48,064 nucleotides of DNA from Candidatus Aphodousia sp. (GCA_048520025.1 DBFZTP010000044.1:1-48064), one strand, 5' to 3'. Counted from the first letter of the stretch, positions 11,599 through 22,365 are shown. Numbers and translations are program-made. Notes: generated from the letters alone by a model not told the origin.

Positions 11599-12960
11599 AT
11601 GTTAAACATTGTTATTTTGGCTGCAGGAATGGGCAAACGCATGCGTTCCCGTTTACCTAAAGTGCTTCAGCCATTGGCAGAAAAACCTCTTTTGTCTCAC
11701 GTGTTGGATAAGGCTCGTGCCGTTGATGGCGAAAAGCGTTTAATTGTTGTCGTGGGGCATGGAGCCGAAGCGGTCAAAGCGCATTTGAAAGAGGCAACCG
11801 ATGTGACGTTTGCCTTACAAGAGCAGCAATTGGGCACGGGGCACGCTTTAATGCAAGCCTTGCCTTACTGTGACCTCGCAGCACCGACCTTGGTGTTATT
11901 GGGGGATGTTCCCTTGATTGAGACGCAGACATTAGAAAACTTGCGCCAAAAGGCCGGTGACGATCTTGGTCTTTTGACGGTGAAGTTAGACAATCCTAAG
12001 GGGTATGGTCGCATTGTTCGTGTAAACGGCAGTGTCGAAGGTATCGTTGAAGAAAAAGACGCAACCGACGAACAAAGAAAGATTGATGAAGTCAATACGG
12101 GCATTATGCTTTTGCCGACGCGTCGATTAGAGGCTTGGTTGTCTTCATTGTCCAATAGCAATGCTCAAGGTGAATATTATTTAACGGATGTGATTGCTAA
12201 GGCTGTTGAAGAGTCTATCCCTGTGCATACGGCTTTTGCGACGTGCGCCAATGAAGTTGAAGGCATTAACAGCAAGCCTCAATTGGCAGCACTGGAGCGC
12301 GCTTACCAAGTCACACAAGCCCAACGCCTGATGCAAGAAGGCGTGACCTTGATTGATCCGGCTCGCTTTGATTTGCGAGGAGAGCTCATCTGCGGCAAGG
12401 ACGTGACGATTGATGTGGGTTGCGTTTTCAGCGGTCGCGTTGTTTTGGCCGACGGCGTCCGTATCGGTGCCTACTGTGTCCTTAAAGATGTCGAAATTGG
12501 CGCGGAAACCGAAGTGCTGCCTTATTGTCACTTCGAAAATGCAAAGGTTGGGGCAGAGGCTCGCCTTGGACCTTACTCTCGTTTGCGTCCGGGTGCTAAT
12601 TTGGCCGATCAAACGCATGTCGGTAATTTTGTAGAAATTAAGAAGTCCAATATTGGCTTAGGTAGTAAGGTTAACCACCTCTCCTATATTGGGGATACCG
12701 ATATGGGCGCTCGAGTCAATATCGGGGCTGGAACCATCACCTGTAACTATGATGGTGTGAATAAGTTCAGAACGACGATCGGTGATGACGCCTTTATTGG
12801 TTCTGACACTCAATTGGTCGCTCCCGTTTGCGTTGGAAATGGTGCCACGCTTGGAGCCGGTACGACCTTGACAAAGAATGCGCCAGAAGGGGAGTTGACG
12901 CTTTCTCGCGCTCGTCAGGTAACGATTCAAGGTTGGAAGCGTCCGACCAAGAAACAATAA
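11599..12960 (+). CDS. glmU: Bifunctional UDP-GlcNAc pyrophosphorylase / GlcN-1-P acetyltransferase
   Basis: [21 protein letters not shown], hexapeptide repeats, [13 protein letters not shown]. Confidence 0.98.
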   Translation: MLNIVILAAGMGKRMRSRLPKVLQPLAEKPLLSHVLDKARAVDGEKRLIVVVGHGAEAVKAHLKEATDVTFALQEQQLGTGHALMQALPYCDLAAPTLVLLGDVPLIETQTLENLRQKAGDDLGLLTVKLDNPKGYGRIVRVNGSVEGIVEEKDATDEQRKIDEVNTGIMLLPTRRLEAWLSSLSNSNAQGEYYLTDVIAKAVEESIPVHTAFATCANEVEGINSKPQLAALERAYQVTQAQRLMQEGVTLIDPARFDLRGELICGKDVTIDVGCVFSGRVVLADGVRIGAYCVLKDVEIGAETEVLPYCHFENAKVGAEARLGPYSRLRPGANLADQTHVGNFVEIKKSNIGLGSKVNHLSYIGDTDMGARVNIGAGTITCNYDGVNKFRTTIGDDAFIGSDTQLVAPVCVGNGATLGAGTTLTKNAPEGELTLSRARQVTIQGWKRPTKKQ

Positions 12961-12983
12961 CTTCAGAAAAAAGGAAGTGAACT

Positions 12984-14810
12984 ATGTGCGGTATTGTTGC
13001 TGCGACGTCGAAACATCGTGATGTCGTGCCGTTGTTGGTCCAAGGTTTAAAGCGTTTGGAATATCGTGGCTATGACAGCTGCGGTGTGGCTGTGTGGGAT
13101 AAGGGCTTAAAACGTGTTCGAAGCGTTTCTCGCGTTGCAGAACTTTGTGAACAAATTGAAAAAGACCATTTGGCCGGTCACTTAGGGATTGCGCATACGC
13201 GTTGGGCAACGCACGGTGAGCCGCTGGTTGTGAATGCTCACCCGCATTTTGCCGGTGATGAAATTGCTTTGATTCATAACGGTATCATCGAAAACTACGA
13301 AGAAATCCGCAAAGAATTGGAAGCCAAGGGTGTTCAATTTAGCGGTCAAACCGATACGGAAGTGTTGGCCTATTTGGTTCGTGACTGCTATAGCGGTGAT
13401 TTGTTGGGCGCTGTGAAGGCTGCGTTAAACCGCGTGCGTGGCGCTTACGCCATTGCAGTGTTCTCTAAAGACGATGATAAGCATGTCGTTGTAGCTCGCC
13501 AAGGCTCTCCCTTGGTGTTGGGGTTGGGCGATGGTGAAATGTTTGCTGCGTCCGATACGATGGCATTGGCCGGTGAAACGAATCGCTTCATCTATTTAGA
13601 AGATGGTGACGTGGCTGAATTAACACCTGAAAGCTACCAAATTTATAAACATGAAGGGATGGAGTATCTGCCGATCGAACGCGAGGTTCGTGAAGTTGAG
13701 GCTTTCTCCAATGCAGTGGACTTAGGGCCCTATCGCCACTACATGCAAAAGGAAATCTTTGAACAACCGCGAGCCATTGCCGATACGTTAGAAGCGGTTG
13801 ACGGTATAACCCCGATGCTCTTTGGTGAAAAGGCCGAAGAGATCTTTAAGGGTATTGAACGCATTTTGATGATTGCGTGTGGGACGAGCTACTACGCAGC
13901 ACTCACCTCTAAGTATTGGTTAGAGGGCATTGCCGGTATTCCGTGTGATGTGGAAATTGCGAGTGAATACCGCTATCGCAAGAGCGTGCCCAATCCGAAG
14001 ACGTTGGTCGTGACGATTTCTCAATCCGGTGAAACGGCCGATACGTTGGCCGCTTTAAAGCACGCTCGCGCGTTGGGCATGGATAAGAGCTTGACGATTT
14101 GCAATGTGGCAACGAGTGCCATGGTGCGTGAAAGCGTCTTGCACTTCATTACGCGTGCCGGTGTGGAAATCGGCGTGGCCTCTACGAAGGCCTTTACGAC
14201 GCAGTTGGTGGCTTTGTTCCTTTTGACGTTGACGTTAGCCAAGGTCAAGGGTCATCTGACCGCAGAGGAAGAGGCCGAATACATGAAGCAATTGCGCCAT
14301 GTGCCGCAAGCAGTGAGCGCCGTGTTGGCGTTAGAGCCTCAGGTGATTGCTTGGGCCGATCGTTTCGTGAGCAAGCAACATGCCCTTTTCTTGGGTCGTG
14401 GTGAACACTATCCGATTGCCTTAGAGGGTGCGTTGAAATTAAAGGAAATTTCCTACATTCACGCAGAAGCCTATCCGGCAGGTGAACTTAAACACGGCCC
14501 GTTGGCCTTGGTTGATGAGTCGATTCCTGTGGTGACGGTTGCTCCGAACGACCGATTGCTTGAAAAATTAAAGAGCAATATGAAGGAAGTGGAAGCTCGC
14601 AAGGGGGAATTGTATGTCTTTGCCGATGCAGATACGGGGATGGAAGCAAGCGAACACATTCATGTGATTCGTATGCCAGAAAACTACGGAGCCTTGTCGC
14701 CGATTTTGCACGTGGTGCCGTTGCAACTTTTGGCTTATCACACTGCCTTTGTTCGAGGAAACGATGTTGATAAACCGAGAAACTTGGCTAAGAGTGTGAC
14801 GGTTGAATAA
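12984..14810 (+). CDS. glmS: Glutamine-fructose-6-phosphate aminotransferase
   Basis: MCGI N-terminus, [28 protein letters not shown]-terminus. Confidence 0.99.
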   Translation: MCGIVAATSKHRDVVPLLVQGLKRLEYRGYDSCGVAVWDKGLKRVRSVSRVAELCEQIEKDHLAGHLGIAHTRWATHGEPLVVNAHPHFAGDEIALIHNGIIENYEEIRKELEAKGVQFSGQTDTEVLAYLVRDCYSGDLLGAVKAALNRVRGAYAIAVFSKDDDKHVVVARQGSPLVLGLGDGEMFAASDTMALAGETNRFIYLEDGDVAELTPESYQIYKHEGMEYLPIEREVREVEAFSNAVDLGPYRHYMQKEIFEQPRAIADTLEAVDGITPMLFGEKAEEIFKGIERILMIACGTSYYAALTSKYWLEGIAGIPCDVEIASEYRYRKSVPNPKTLVVTISQSGETADTLAALKHARALGMDKSLTICNVATSAMVRESVLHFITRAGVEIGVASTKAFTTQLVALFLLTLTLAKVKGHLTAEEEAEYMKQLRHVPQAVSAVLALEPQVIAWADRFVSKQHALFLGRGEHYPIALEGALKLKEISYIHAEAYPAGELKHGPLALVDESIPVVTVAPNDRLLEKLKSNMKEVEARKGELYVFADADTGMEASEHIHVIRMPENYGALSPILHVVPLQLLAYHTAFVRGNDVDKPRNLAKSVTVE

Positions 14811-14830
14811 AGTTTTTGATTCCTAAAAAG

Positions 14831-14866
14831 AATTGCCCCTAGGTATGTCATCTAGGGGCAAATTTT
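14831..14866. terminator. Bidirectional terminator between glmS and marC
   Basis: TTGCCCCTAG...CTAGGGGCAA flanked by A/T runs, between convergent genes. Confidence 0.8.
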
Positions 14867-14881
14867 ATTGTTTGGGTTTAA

Positions 14882-15538
14882 TTACGCCCCCAGCATAAAA
14901 GCGCGGATGCCGGAGCCAATGAACTGTATACCGATACAAATCAGTAAAAAGCCCATGCACTTACTCAGAATAATGGTGCCGGAAGGCCCTAATTTTTTAG
15001 CACAAAAATCAGCAGATCGCATAACAGCCCAACAGACCATAGAACAGAAAATGATGGCCAGTGTCATCATGAAGAACGTCCCTGCTTGATCTTGCCAGCT
15101 GGGAAACTCCGCAATTTCCGTTGAGAAGCCGATAATCACGGCCATGGTCCCGGGACCAGCAATCATTGGCATGGCGATGGGAAAGAAGGCGTAATCTTCA
15201 CGATTGCGTCGAACAAGAGGGGCCTGATTAGGAGAGGCAGTTTGTTGGCCGAAAAGCATTTGATAGCCGATTACCGCTACCACCAAGCCCCCAGCGATAC
15301 GAAGTGCCCCATATGAGATACCAAAAAAAGCCAACAAGAGATTACCGGCCAAAAGACTGATAAACATAATGATGGCAGCATAGATCGCAGCCCATAACGC
15401 TTGGGACTTGCGTTGAGCATCATCCATGCCTTGGGTGAGGCTGATAAAGAGTGGGATTTTAGACGGAGGATTGCAGATCACAAGCAAACTGACCAAGCCG
15501 CCTAAAAAGTATTGAAGGTGAAAAATCTCTAAAGGCAT
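14882..15538 (-). CDS. MarC family integral membrane protein
   Basis: LLVICNP, FGISYGALRIAGG, FFPIAMPMIAGPG; start set to MPLEIF at 15538. Confidence 0.9.
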   Translation of the reverse strand: MPLEIFHLQYFLGGLVSLLVICNPPSKIPLFISLTQGMDDAQRKSQALWAAIYAAIIMFISLLAGNLLLAFFGISYGALRIAGGLVVAVIGYQMLFGQQTASPNQAPLVRRNREDYAFFPIAMPMIAGPGTMAVIIGFSTEIAEFPSWQDQAGTFFMMTLAIIFCSMVCWAVMRSADFCAKKLGPSGTIILSKCMGFLLICIGIQFIGSGIRAFMLGA

Positions 15539-15696
15539 TTTTCTCTCAAAATCGGTACATGAAAACCTCACATTGTTCTCTTTTGTGAGACAAAGGTCAA
15601 ATAGGGGTAAACCCTATATACGGGTTACAAATATTAATATTTTGTTCGTATTTTTACTTATTTAGGACTGCTTAAAACCCCAAAATTCTGACATAA

Positions 15697-15740
15697 TGAA
15701 CGGACATTCACCATTTTATTGAACGATCGTTCACTAAAAT
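15697..15740. promoter_or_regulatory. Tandem TetR-type operator palindromes upstream of the RND operon
   Basis: TGAACGGACATTCA (15697) and perfect TGAACGATCGTTCA (15720) inside a 28 bp near-perfect palindrome. Confidence 0.65.
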
Positions 15741-15802
15741 GTTAAAAGTTTATTATTTATCAGTTGCTTACAGCATTTTGTAAGTCTAATTTGGAGTGTT
15801 TA

Positions 15803-16927
15803 ATGATGTCTTCGAAGTTTGTTCCGAAGTATGCGGCGCTCACGATGTCTGTAATGGTCGCCTTCGCATTGGTGGGATGCAAGGATGATGCTGGCCAAGT
15901 TCAACGTCCCCCGCAATCCGTTACCGTTGTGACGGCAGAGGTGTCTTCTCCTGTTTTGAGTAAAGAGTTGAATGGTCGCACCAGTGCTTATGAGATAGCA
16001 GAAGTTCGTCCGCAAGTGGCCGGGATTATTCAAAAGCGTACTTTTGAAGAAGGCCAAATGGTGAAGGCTGGTGATCAGCTTTTCCAAATTGACGACAGTC
16101 TCTATCAAGCCGCTTATGAAGAAGCGCAAGCTAACTATAAGTTAGCACAAGCCAATGCACGTCGTTTTGCTCAATTGGTGAAGGTCAATGCCGTCAGTAA
16201 GCAAGAAAATGACCAAGCGCAAGCTCAGTTTAAAACGGCACAAGCGGCATTGAAGACCGCAAAGACCAATCTTGAATACACCAAAGTGGCTAGCCCGATT
16301 TCTGGTCGTGTAGGTCGTTCTGAAGTGACGCCGGGCGGTTTGGTGAGTGCTTATCAAGCTCAGTACTTGACGACGGTGCAACAAATGGATCCGATTTACG
16401 TCGACGTGCGTCAAACCAGCAACGACTTGATCAAACTTAAGCGCGATATTGCTAGTGGCAAAATCCAAACCAAAGATGGTGCCGTGGAAGTCACTTTGAT
16501 GGGTGAGGATGGTTTGGTTTTTGAGCAAAAAGGCAAATTGATTTTTACCGGTGAGTTGGTTGATGAAGCAACGGGCATGGTTAACATGCGCGCAGTTTTC
16601 CCCAATCCTAATGGTGAATTGATGCCCGGCATGTTTGTGCGTGCTCGCATTGAAGAAGGTGCTCGTCCTAACTCGATTCTTTTGAGCCAACGTTGTGTGA
16701 TGCGTAATCCTAAGGGTGAGGCCTATGTTTTTGTCGTCACGCCTGACAATAAGATTGAGCAACGTATCGTGGTTGCTAATCGTACCGTCGGTACGGATTG
16801 GCTCATCGAAGATGGCCTCAAGCAAGGTGAACGTGTTGTGCTAGAGGGGATTCAAAAGGTTCGAGCTGGTGCGACGGTTCAAGTTGCTAATGACAATAAA
16901 GAATCTGCTCAAGAAGCGGCAAAGTAA
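15803..16927 (+). CDS. RND efflux periplasmic adaptor (AcrA/MexA family lipoprotein)
   Basis: LVGC lipobox, AEVRPQVAGII, SPISGRVGRS, LMPGMFV; GGAG RBS before 15803. Confidence 0.93.
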   Translation: MMSSKFVPKYAALTMSVMVAFALVGCKDDAGQVQRPPQSVTVVTAEVSSPVLSKELNGRTSAYEIAEVRPQVAGIIQKRTFEEGQMVKAGDQLFQIDDSLYQAAYEEAQANYKLAQANARRFAQLVKVNAVSKQENDQAQAQFKTAQAALKTAKTNLEYTKVASPISGRVGRSEVTPGGLVSAYQAQYLTTVQQMDPIYVDVRQTSNDLIKLKRDIASGKIQTKDGAVEVTLMGEDGLVFEQKGKLIFTGELVDEATGMVNMRAVFPNPNGELMPGMFVRARIEEGARPNSILLSQRCVMRNPKGEAYVFVVTPDNKIEQRIVVANRTVGTDWLIEDGLKQGERVVLEGIQKVRAGATVQVANDNKESAQEAAK

Positions 16928-16955
16928 TCCACTGGTCGAGTAAAGGAAATCTTTT

Positions 16956-19900
16956 ATGTCTCGATTTTTTATCGAACGTCCCGTATTCGCGTGGGTGATC
17001 GCAATTGTGATCATGTTGGCGGGGCTTTTGTCTATCAATATCTTGCCGGTCGCTCAGTATCCGCAAATTGCGCCTCCTGAAATTCGAGTCACGGCAACGT
17101 ATCCGGGTGCCTCTGCTGAGACGATTGAAAATACCGTCACGCAACAGATCGAACAAGCAATGACGGGGTTGGACGGCTATATGTACATGGTCTCTAACTC
17201 TGACAGTTCTGGCATGGTTTCGATCAAGATTACGTTTGAGGCTGGTACGGATCCTGACATCGCTCAAGTGCAAGTTCAAAACCGTTTAAAGACGGTGGAA
17301 AACTCTTTGCCCCAAGTGGTTCAACAATTAGGTGTTGACGTTGAAAAGTCCGCCGCCAGCTTCTTGATGGTGGTGGGTTTCGTTGATGTTAACAACAAGA
17401 TGAACAGCGCAGACTTGTCTGACTACTTGGTTAACAACGTCAAAGAACCGCTTTCTCGTTTAAGTGGTGTGGGCTCTGTCGAATTGTTCGGTAGTTCTTA
17501 CTCCATGCGTATTTGGTTGGATCCGAGCAAGTTGGAAAAGTACAAGCTCTCAACCGATGAAATTGTTGCTGCTATCCAAGAACAAAATGCTCAGGTTTCT
17601 TCGGGTGCTATTGGTAACATGCCTTCGACGGCACGTTATGAACTCAATGCAACGGTGAGTTCCCAATCCTTATTGCAAACGGTTTCTGACTTTGAAAACA
17701 TCATGGTCAAGACCGCTACCGACGGTTCTCGCGTTTTGATGAAAGACGTGGCTCGCGTGGAAATGGGACAAGAAAGCTACAACATTGTCGCTCGCTACAA
17801 TGGTCACGAATCCGCCGCTATGGCAATTAACCTCGCTTCTGGGGCCAATGCCATGGCAACGAGTACTTTGGTTAAGGAACGTTTGGCTCAGTTGGAGACG
17901 GCTTTCCCTGAAGGGATGCAATGGGTGGTGCCGTATGACACGACACCTTTCGTGAAGATTTCCATCGAAGAAGTGGTTCGTACGCTTTTTGAAGCCATTG
18001 TCTTGGTGGTGATCGTGATGTTCTTGTTCTTGCAGAACTGGCGTGCCACTTTGATTCCGACGATTGCCGTGCCGGTGGTTCTTTTGGGGACCTTTGGTGT
18101 GTTGGCAGCAATGGGTTATTCCATCAACGTGTTAACGATGTTTGCCATGGTGCTCGCTATCGGTTTGTTGGTGGACGATGCCATTGTGGTGGTGGAAAAC
18201 GTCGAACGTGTGATGCGCACGGAAAAACTAAGCCCCAAGGAGGCAACGAAAAAGTCCATGAACCAAATTACCGGCGCTTTGGTCGGTATCGCTATGGTTT
18301 TGGCGGCTGTGTTCGTGCCGATGGCTTTCTTCGGTGGCTCTACCGGTGTGATCTATCGTCAATTCTCCGTAACGATTGTGGCAGCCATGACTCTGTCCGT
18401 GTTGGTCGCTTTGATCTTAACGCCTGTGCTTTGCGTATCTTTGCTCAAGCCCATTACGGAAGACAATCACGAAACCAAACAAGGTTTCTTCGGTCGCTTT
18501 AACCGTGGCTTTGAACGCTTCTCTTTGTGGATTCGCACAAAGGTGGGTGTTTTGATTGCCAATACGCTTCGTAGTATTTTGATCTACGCGATCATTGTCG
18601 GTGGTATGGTTTGGGGCTTCCAAAAGTTGCCGCAAAGCTTTATGCCGGGTGAAGACCAAGGGATGTTATTGAGTATGGTGACGTTGCCCACGGGGACGTC
18701 TCAACAACGCACCAACGAAGTGTTGGAACGCATGACGACCTACTTCCAAGAAAAAGAAAGCGATACGGTTGAATCTGTTTTGACGGTGTCTGGCTTCTCA
18801 TTTGCCGGTTCTGGCCAAAATACGGGCTTACTCTTTGTGCGCTTGAAGGATTGGAGTGAGCGTGAAGAGGCTGGGATGGATGTGAATTCAATCGCAGGCC
18901 GCGCCATGCGTGAATTCAGTCAATACCGCGATGCTAATGCTTACGCTTTTGCGCCGCCTGCTGTGCCTGAATTAGGTATTGCCGATGGTTTCGATATTTA
19001 CTTGCAAGCTCGAGCCGGTCAAACGCACGATGAAATTATGCAAGCTCGAAATCAATTCTTGGGTATTGCCAATGCCGATCCGGTCTTGACGATGGTTCGT
19101 CCCAACGGCATGGAAGATACGCCGCAATTGCATTTAGAAATTGATACTGAAAAGGCTCGTGCTCTTGGTGTTTCTATTAGTTCCGTTAATTCGACCTTGG
19201 CAACGGCTTGGGGTAGCTCTTACGTGAACGACTTCTTGGATCGCGGTCGTGTGAAGAAAGTCTATGTTCAAGGTGATGCTCAATTCCGCCAAACGCCTGA
19301 AGATTTGGGTAAGTGGTATGTGAAGAACAACCAAGGCGAAATGGTTCCCTTCTCAGCGTTCTCTACGACGAGTTGGACGTACGGTTCTCCGCGTCTTCAA
19401 CGTTTCGATGGTTTGTCTGCTGTGAATATTCAAGGTAGTCCGGCCGAAGGTTATAGTTCTGGCGACGCTTTGGCAGCCGTGGCCCGTTTGGTTCAACAGT
19501 TGCCCGCTGGTTATGACATTGCTTACACCGGCGTGTCTTATCAAGAAAGACAATCCGCAGGCCAAGCGGCTCCCTTGTATGCAATCTCCATTTTGGTGGT
19601 GTTCTTGTGCTTGGCAGCTCTTTATGAAAGCTGGTCCATCCCGATTGCTGTGATCTTTGTGATTCCGATGGGCGTGATTGGTGCTATTGCATTGACCGCT
19701 TTGCGTGGCATGAATAACGACATTTACTTCCAAGTCGGTTTGATTACGACGATTGGTTTGGTTAGTAAAAACGCCATTTTGATTGTGGAATTCGCAAAAG
19801 AATTGCATGATAAGGGTGAAGACATTGTGCACGCCGCCGTGGATGCCGTTCGCTTGCGTTTGCGTCCGATCGTGATGACGTCTTTAGCTTTCGGTCTTGG

Positions 19901-20228
19901 TGTGTTGCCTTTGGCTTTGGCAAGTGGCGCCGGCTCCGGTGCTCAAAACGCCATCGGTTGGGGTGTGTTAGGCGGTATGATTACTGGGACGTTCTTATGT
20001 GTCCTTTTTGTGCCGATCTTCTACGTTGGCGTGATGCGCATTTCTGGTAGCGCCAATGAACGTAAAATCGATGTAGCTTCTCTTGTTGAAACAACGAAGA
20101 TGGAAGCTGCGGGTCTCAAGGAAGGCGAGATCGTTTACTATGAAGAAGGCGAAGATCGTCACTTGAAAGAAAAGAGCACTTCGACAGATAATGTGAAGTC
20201 GACAGAGCAAGATAAGAAGGGGAATTAA
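16956..20228 (+). CDS. RND efflux permease (AcrB/MexB, HAE1 family)
   Basis: FFIERPVFAWVIAI, GLLVDDAIVVVENVER, KNAILIVEFA, RLRPIVMTSLAF. Confidence 0.96.
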   Translation: MSRFFIERPVFAWVIAIVIMLAGLLSINILPVAQYPQIAPPEIRVTATYPGASAETIENTVTQQIEQAMTGLDGYMYMVSNSDSSGMVSIKITFEAGTDPDIAQVQVQNRLKTVENSLPQVVQQLGVDVEKSAASFLMVVGFVDVNNKMNSADLSDYLVNNVKEPLSRLSGVGSVELFGSSYSMRIWLDPSKLEKYKLSTDEIVAAIQEQNAQVSSGAIGNMPSTARYELNATVSSQSLLQTVSDFENIMVKTATDGSRVLMKDVARVEMGQESYNIVARYNGHESAAMAINLASGANAMATSTLVKERLAQLETAFPEGMQWVVPYDTTPFVKISIEEVVRTLFEAIVLVVIVMFLFLQNWRATLIPTIAVPVVLLGTFGVLAAMGYSINVLTMFAMVLAIGLLVDDAIVVVENVERVMRTEKLSPKEATKKSMNQITGALVGIAMVLAAVFVPMAFFGGSTGVIYRQFSVTIVAAMTLSVLVALILTPVLCVSLLKPITEDNHETKQGFFGRFNRGFERFSLWIRTKVGVLIANTLRSILIYAIIVGGMVWGFQKLPQSFMPGEDQGMLLSMVTLPTGTSQQRTNEVLERMTTYFQEKESDTVESVLTVSGFSFAGSGQNTGLLFVRLKDWSEREEAGMDVNSIAGRAMREFSQYRDANAYAFAPPAVPELGIADGFDIYLQARAGQTHDEIMQARNQFLGIANADPVLTMVRPNGMEDTPQLHLEIDTEKARALGVSISSVNSTLATAWGSSYVNDFLDRGRVKKVYVQGDAQFRQTPEDLGKWYVKNNQGEMVPFSAFSTTSWTYGSPRLQRFDGLSAVNIQGSPAEGYSSGDALAAVARLVQQLPAGYDIAYTGVSYQERQSAGQAAPLYAISILVVFLCLAALYESWSIPIAVIFVIPMGVIGAIALTALRGMNNDIYFQVGLITTIGLVSKNAILIVEFAKELHDKGEDIVHAAVDAVRLRLRPIVMTSLAFGLGVLPLALASGAGSGAQNAIGWGVLGGMITGTFLCVLFVPIFYVGVMRISGSANERKIDVASLVETTKMEAAGLKEGEIVYYEEGEDRHLKEKSTSTDNVKSTEQDKKGN

Positions 20229-20229
20229 T

Positions 20230-21660
20230 ATGCCGAGTTTTAAGTTGTTACCTTTGGTAGCGGTTTTGGCTCTGACGGGGTGCGTGTCCATGGCACCTAG
20301 CTACGAGCGTCCGGTGGCGCCAGTGGCTAATGAGTGGCCGACGGGTCCTGCCTATGCTAAGGCAAAACTCAATCAAGAAGCCCTTCCGGATTGGCAAGAG
20401 TTCTACACGGATAATCGTTTACGTGAAGTGATTCAAATGAGTTTGGATAACAACCGCGATTACCGTGTGGCTATGCTCAATGTTGAAAAGGCGCGTTATG
20501 CCTACAACATCCAACGATCCAATTTTTTGCCGACTGTGAGTGCAAACGGTAGTGGTCAACATCAAGGCACGCCGCGTACGTTAAATACAACGAGCCAAGA
20601 CACCGTTTCTCATGTCTACTCTGCGAATTTGGCGATGGCCTCTTATGAGCTTGACCTTTTTGGTCGTGTGCGTAGCTTAAGCACGGAAGCTTTGAACGAA
20701 TACTTTGCTACCGATGAAGCTCGCAAATCTGCTCGCGTGACGTTGATTGCTGAAACGGCGAATGCTTGGTTGCAATTGGGCACTAGCCGTTCGATTTTAA
20801 GCTTTACCAGGGAAACGTTTGAGAGCCAAGAGAAAAGCTATAGGTTGATGAAGGCCAGTTATGATGCCGGCGCCATTAACTTGTTAGAACTCAATCAAGC
20901 TAAATCACAATACGCCGCAGCCAAGGCTTCTTACTTAGCTGCTCAACGTGATGAAGCACAAGCTCTCAATACCTTAACCACGTTGGTTGGTGCAGATGTG
21001 CCGGCTAAGTGGTTGCCGGAGCGAGTCGAAGTTGTCACGATGGATGGCGTTCTTCCGAAGGGTGTGCCCAGTGAAGTGTTGTTGAATCGTCCTGATATTG
21101 CTCAAGCCGAGTTTGCCTTGAAGGCGGCTAATGCCAATATTGGTGCGGCTCGTGCCAACTTCTTCCCCCGCATTAGCTTAGTGGCTTCCGGTGGTACGGG
21201 CTCGACCGAAATTGATGATCTCTTTAATTCCGGAACGCGTATGTGGAGTTTTGCCCCGTCGGTGACGCTGCCGATTTTCACGGGTGGTGCCAACTGGGCT
21301 ACGTTACGTGTAAGCGAAACGGATAAGAAGATTGCGGTTGCCAATTATGAAAAGAGTATTCAAACGGCATTCTCTGAAGTGGCTAATGCGTTAGCAACGG
21401 AAGGCACGATTGAAGAAGAATTGCAAGCTCAAACCGAATACGCTGATGCAACGAAGAAGGCCTATGAGTTAGCACAACAACGCTACAAGATGGGTTCTGA
21501 AAGCTACTTGTCGGTGCTTGATTCTCAAAGAACGTACGTGGCGGCTCAAACGCAATGGGTGGTGGCTCAACAAGCACGTTCCATGAGTTTGGTGTCTCTT
21601 TACAAGACCTTAGGCGGTGGCGCCATGGATCTTGCTAAGGCAGAGAGCTCAACGAAATGA
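20230..21660 (+). CDS. Outer membrane efflux channel (OprM/NodT family lipoprotein)
   Basis: LTGC lipobox, YELDLFGRVRS, LLNRPDI, ANANIGAARANFFP, LYKTLGGG. Confidence 0.95.
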   Translation: MPSFKLLPLVAVLALTGCVSMAPSYERPVAPVANEWPTGPAYAKAKLNQEALPDWQEFYTDNRLREVIQMSLDNNRDYRVAMLNVEKARYAYNIQRSNFLPTVSANGSGQHQGTPRTLNTTSQDTVSHVYSANLAMASYELDLFGRVRSLSTEALNEYFATDEARKSARVTLIAETANAWLQLGTSRSILSFTRETFESQEKSYRLMKASYDAGAINLLELNQAKSQYAAAKASYLAAQRDEAQALNTLTTLVGADVPAKWLPERVEVVTMDGVLPKGVPSEVLLNRPDIAQAEFALKAANANIGAARANFFPRISLVASGGTGSTEIDDLFNSGTRMWSFAPSVTLPIFTGGANWATLRVSETDKKIAVANYEKSIQTAFSEVANALATEGTIEEELQAQTEYADATKKAYELAQQRYKMGSESYLSVLDSQRTYVAAQTQWVVAQQARSMSLVSLYKTLGGGAMDLAKAESSTK

Positions 21661-22310
21661 CAAAGTCGAGTTCGCTTTCACAACAGCGCCGTGAAGAAAT
21701 TTTCCAAGCGGCGCACAAGTGTTTCCTCTCTCGTGGCTTTCATGCTACGAGCATGACGGATATCGCTCGCGAATTTGGTATGAGTGTTGGCCATGTTTAC
21801 AACTATTTTCCGAGTAAACAGGCCATCATCGAAGGGTTAATTGAGCAGGGGATTGAAGAGTTTTATGTTAATTCTCGAGAATTACTCTCCTGTAGTAGTG
21901 ATTTTGCGAAGGCACGCGAGGCGATTAAGCGAAGCATGTCGCCCAATCACAATCCGGATCAAATTCGCTTGACATTGGAGCTCTTGGTTGAGGCAACTCA
22001 TGACCCCAAACTCAGTAAGGTCATTGAAGAGGCTGACAGAAAGGTTCGCACTCACTTGATGGAGATGCATCACATTACGATTAGTAACCAAGAAGAGGAA
22101 GCTAAACTCGAGGTGATGATGGCCATGTTTGAAGGGCTTGGGATGCGAATCTTGCGTCATCCTGGTATCAATATGGAAGAAATCTATGACGAGATGGCTC
22201 GTCGTCTCTGTAAGCCTCGTTATATGTTAGAGCGTCAACTCTCCGAGGTGCTTGCTCGCAATGCCGCTTTGGAAGAGGAAGTGAAAAAACTCAAAGCCCA
22301 ATTGCAGTAA
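21657..22310 (+). CDS. TetR/AcrR family transcriptional regulator
   Basis: RREEIFQAA..F..GFHATSMTDIA...SVGHVYNYFPSK HTH; ATGA overlap with the upstream gene. Confidence 0.92.
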   Translation: MTKSSSLSQQRREEIFQAAHKCFLSRGFHATSMTDIAREFGMSVGHVYNYFPSKQAIIEGLIEQGIEEFYVNSRELLSCSSDFAKAREAIKRSMSPNHNPDQIRLTLELLVEATHDPKLSKVIEEADRKVRTHLMEMHHITISNQEEEAKLEVMMAMFEGLGMRILRHPGINMEEIYDEMARRLCKPRYMLERQLSEVLARNAALEEEVKKLKAQLQ

Positions 22311-22321
22311 TTGCCAACAAC

Positions 22322-22353
22322 AAAAAAAGCGACTCGGTTGAGCCGCTTTTTTT
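22322..22353. terminator. Bidirectional terminator between tetR and degP
   Basis: AAAAAAAGCGACTC-GGTT-GAGCCGCTTTTTTT. Confidence 0.85.
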
Positions 22354-22365
22354 CACCCTAAGGAT

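Noticed and set aside
12961..12983. Possible glmS ribozyme
   Set aside because: Only 23 nt separate glmU and glmS, leaving no room
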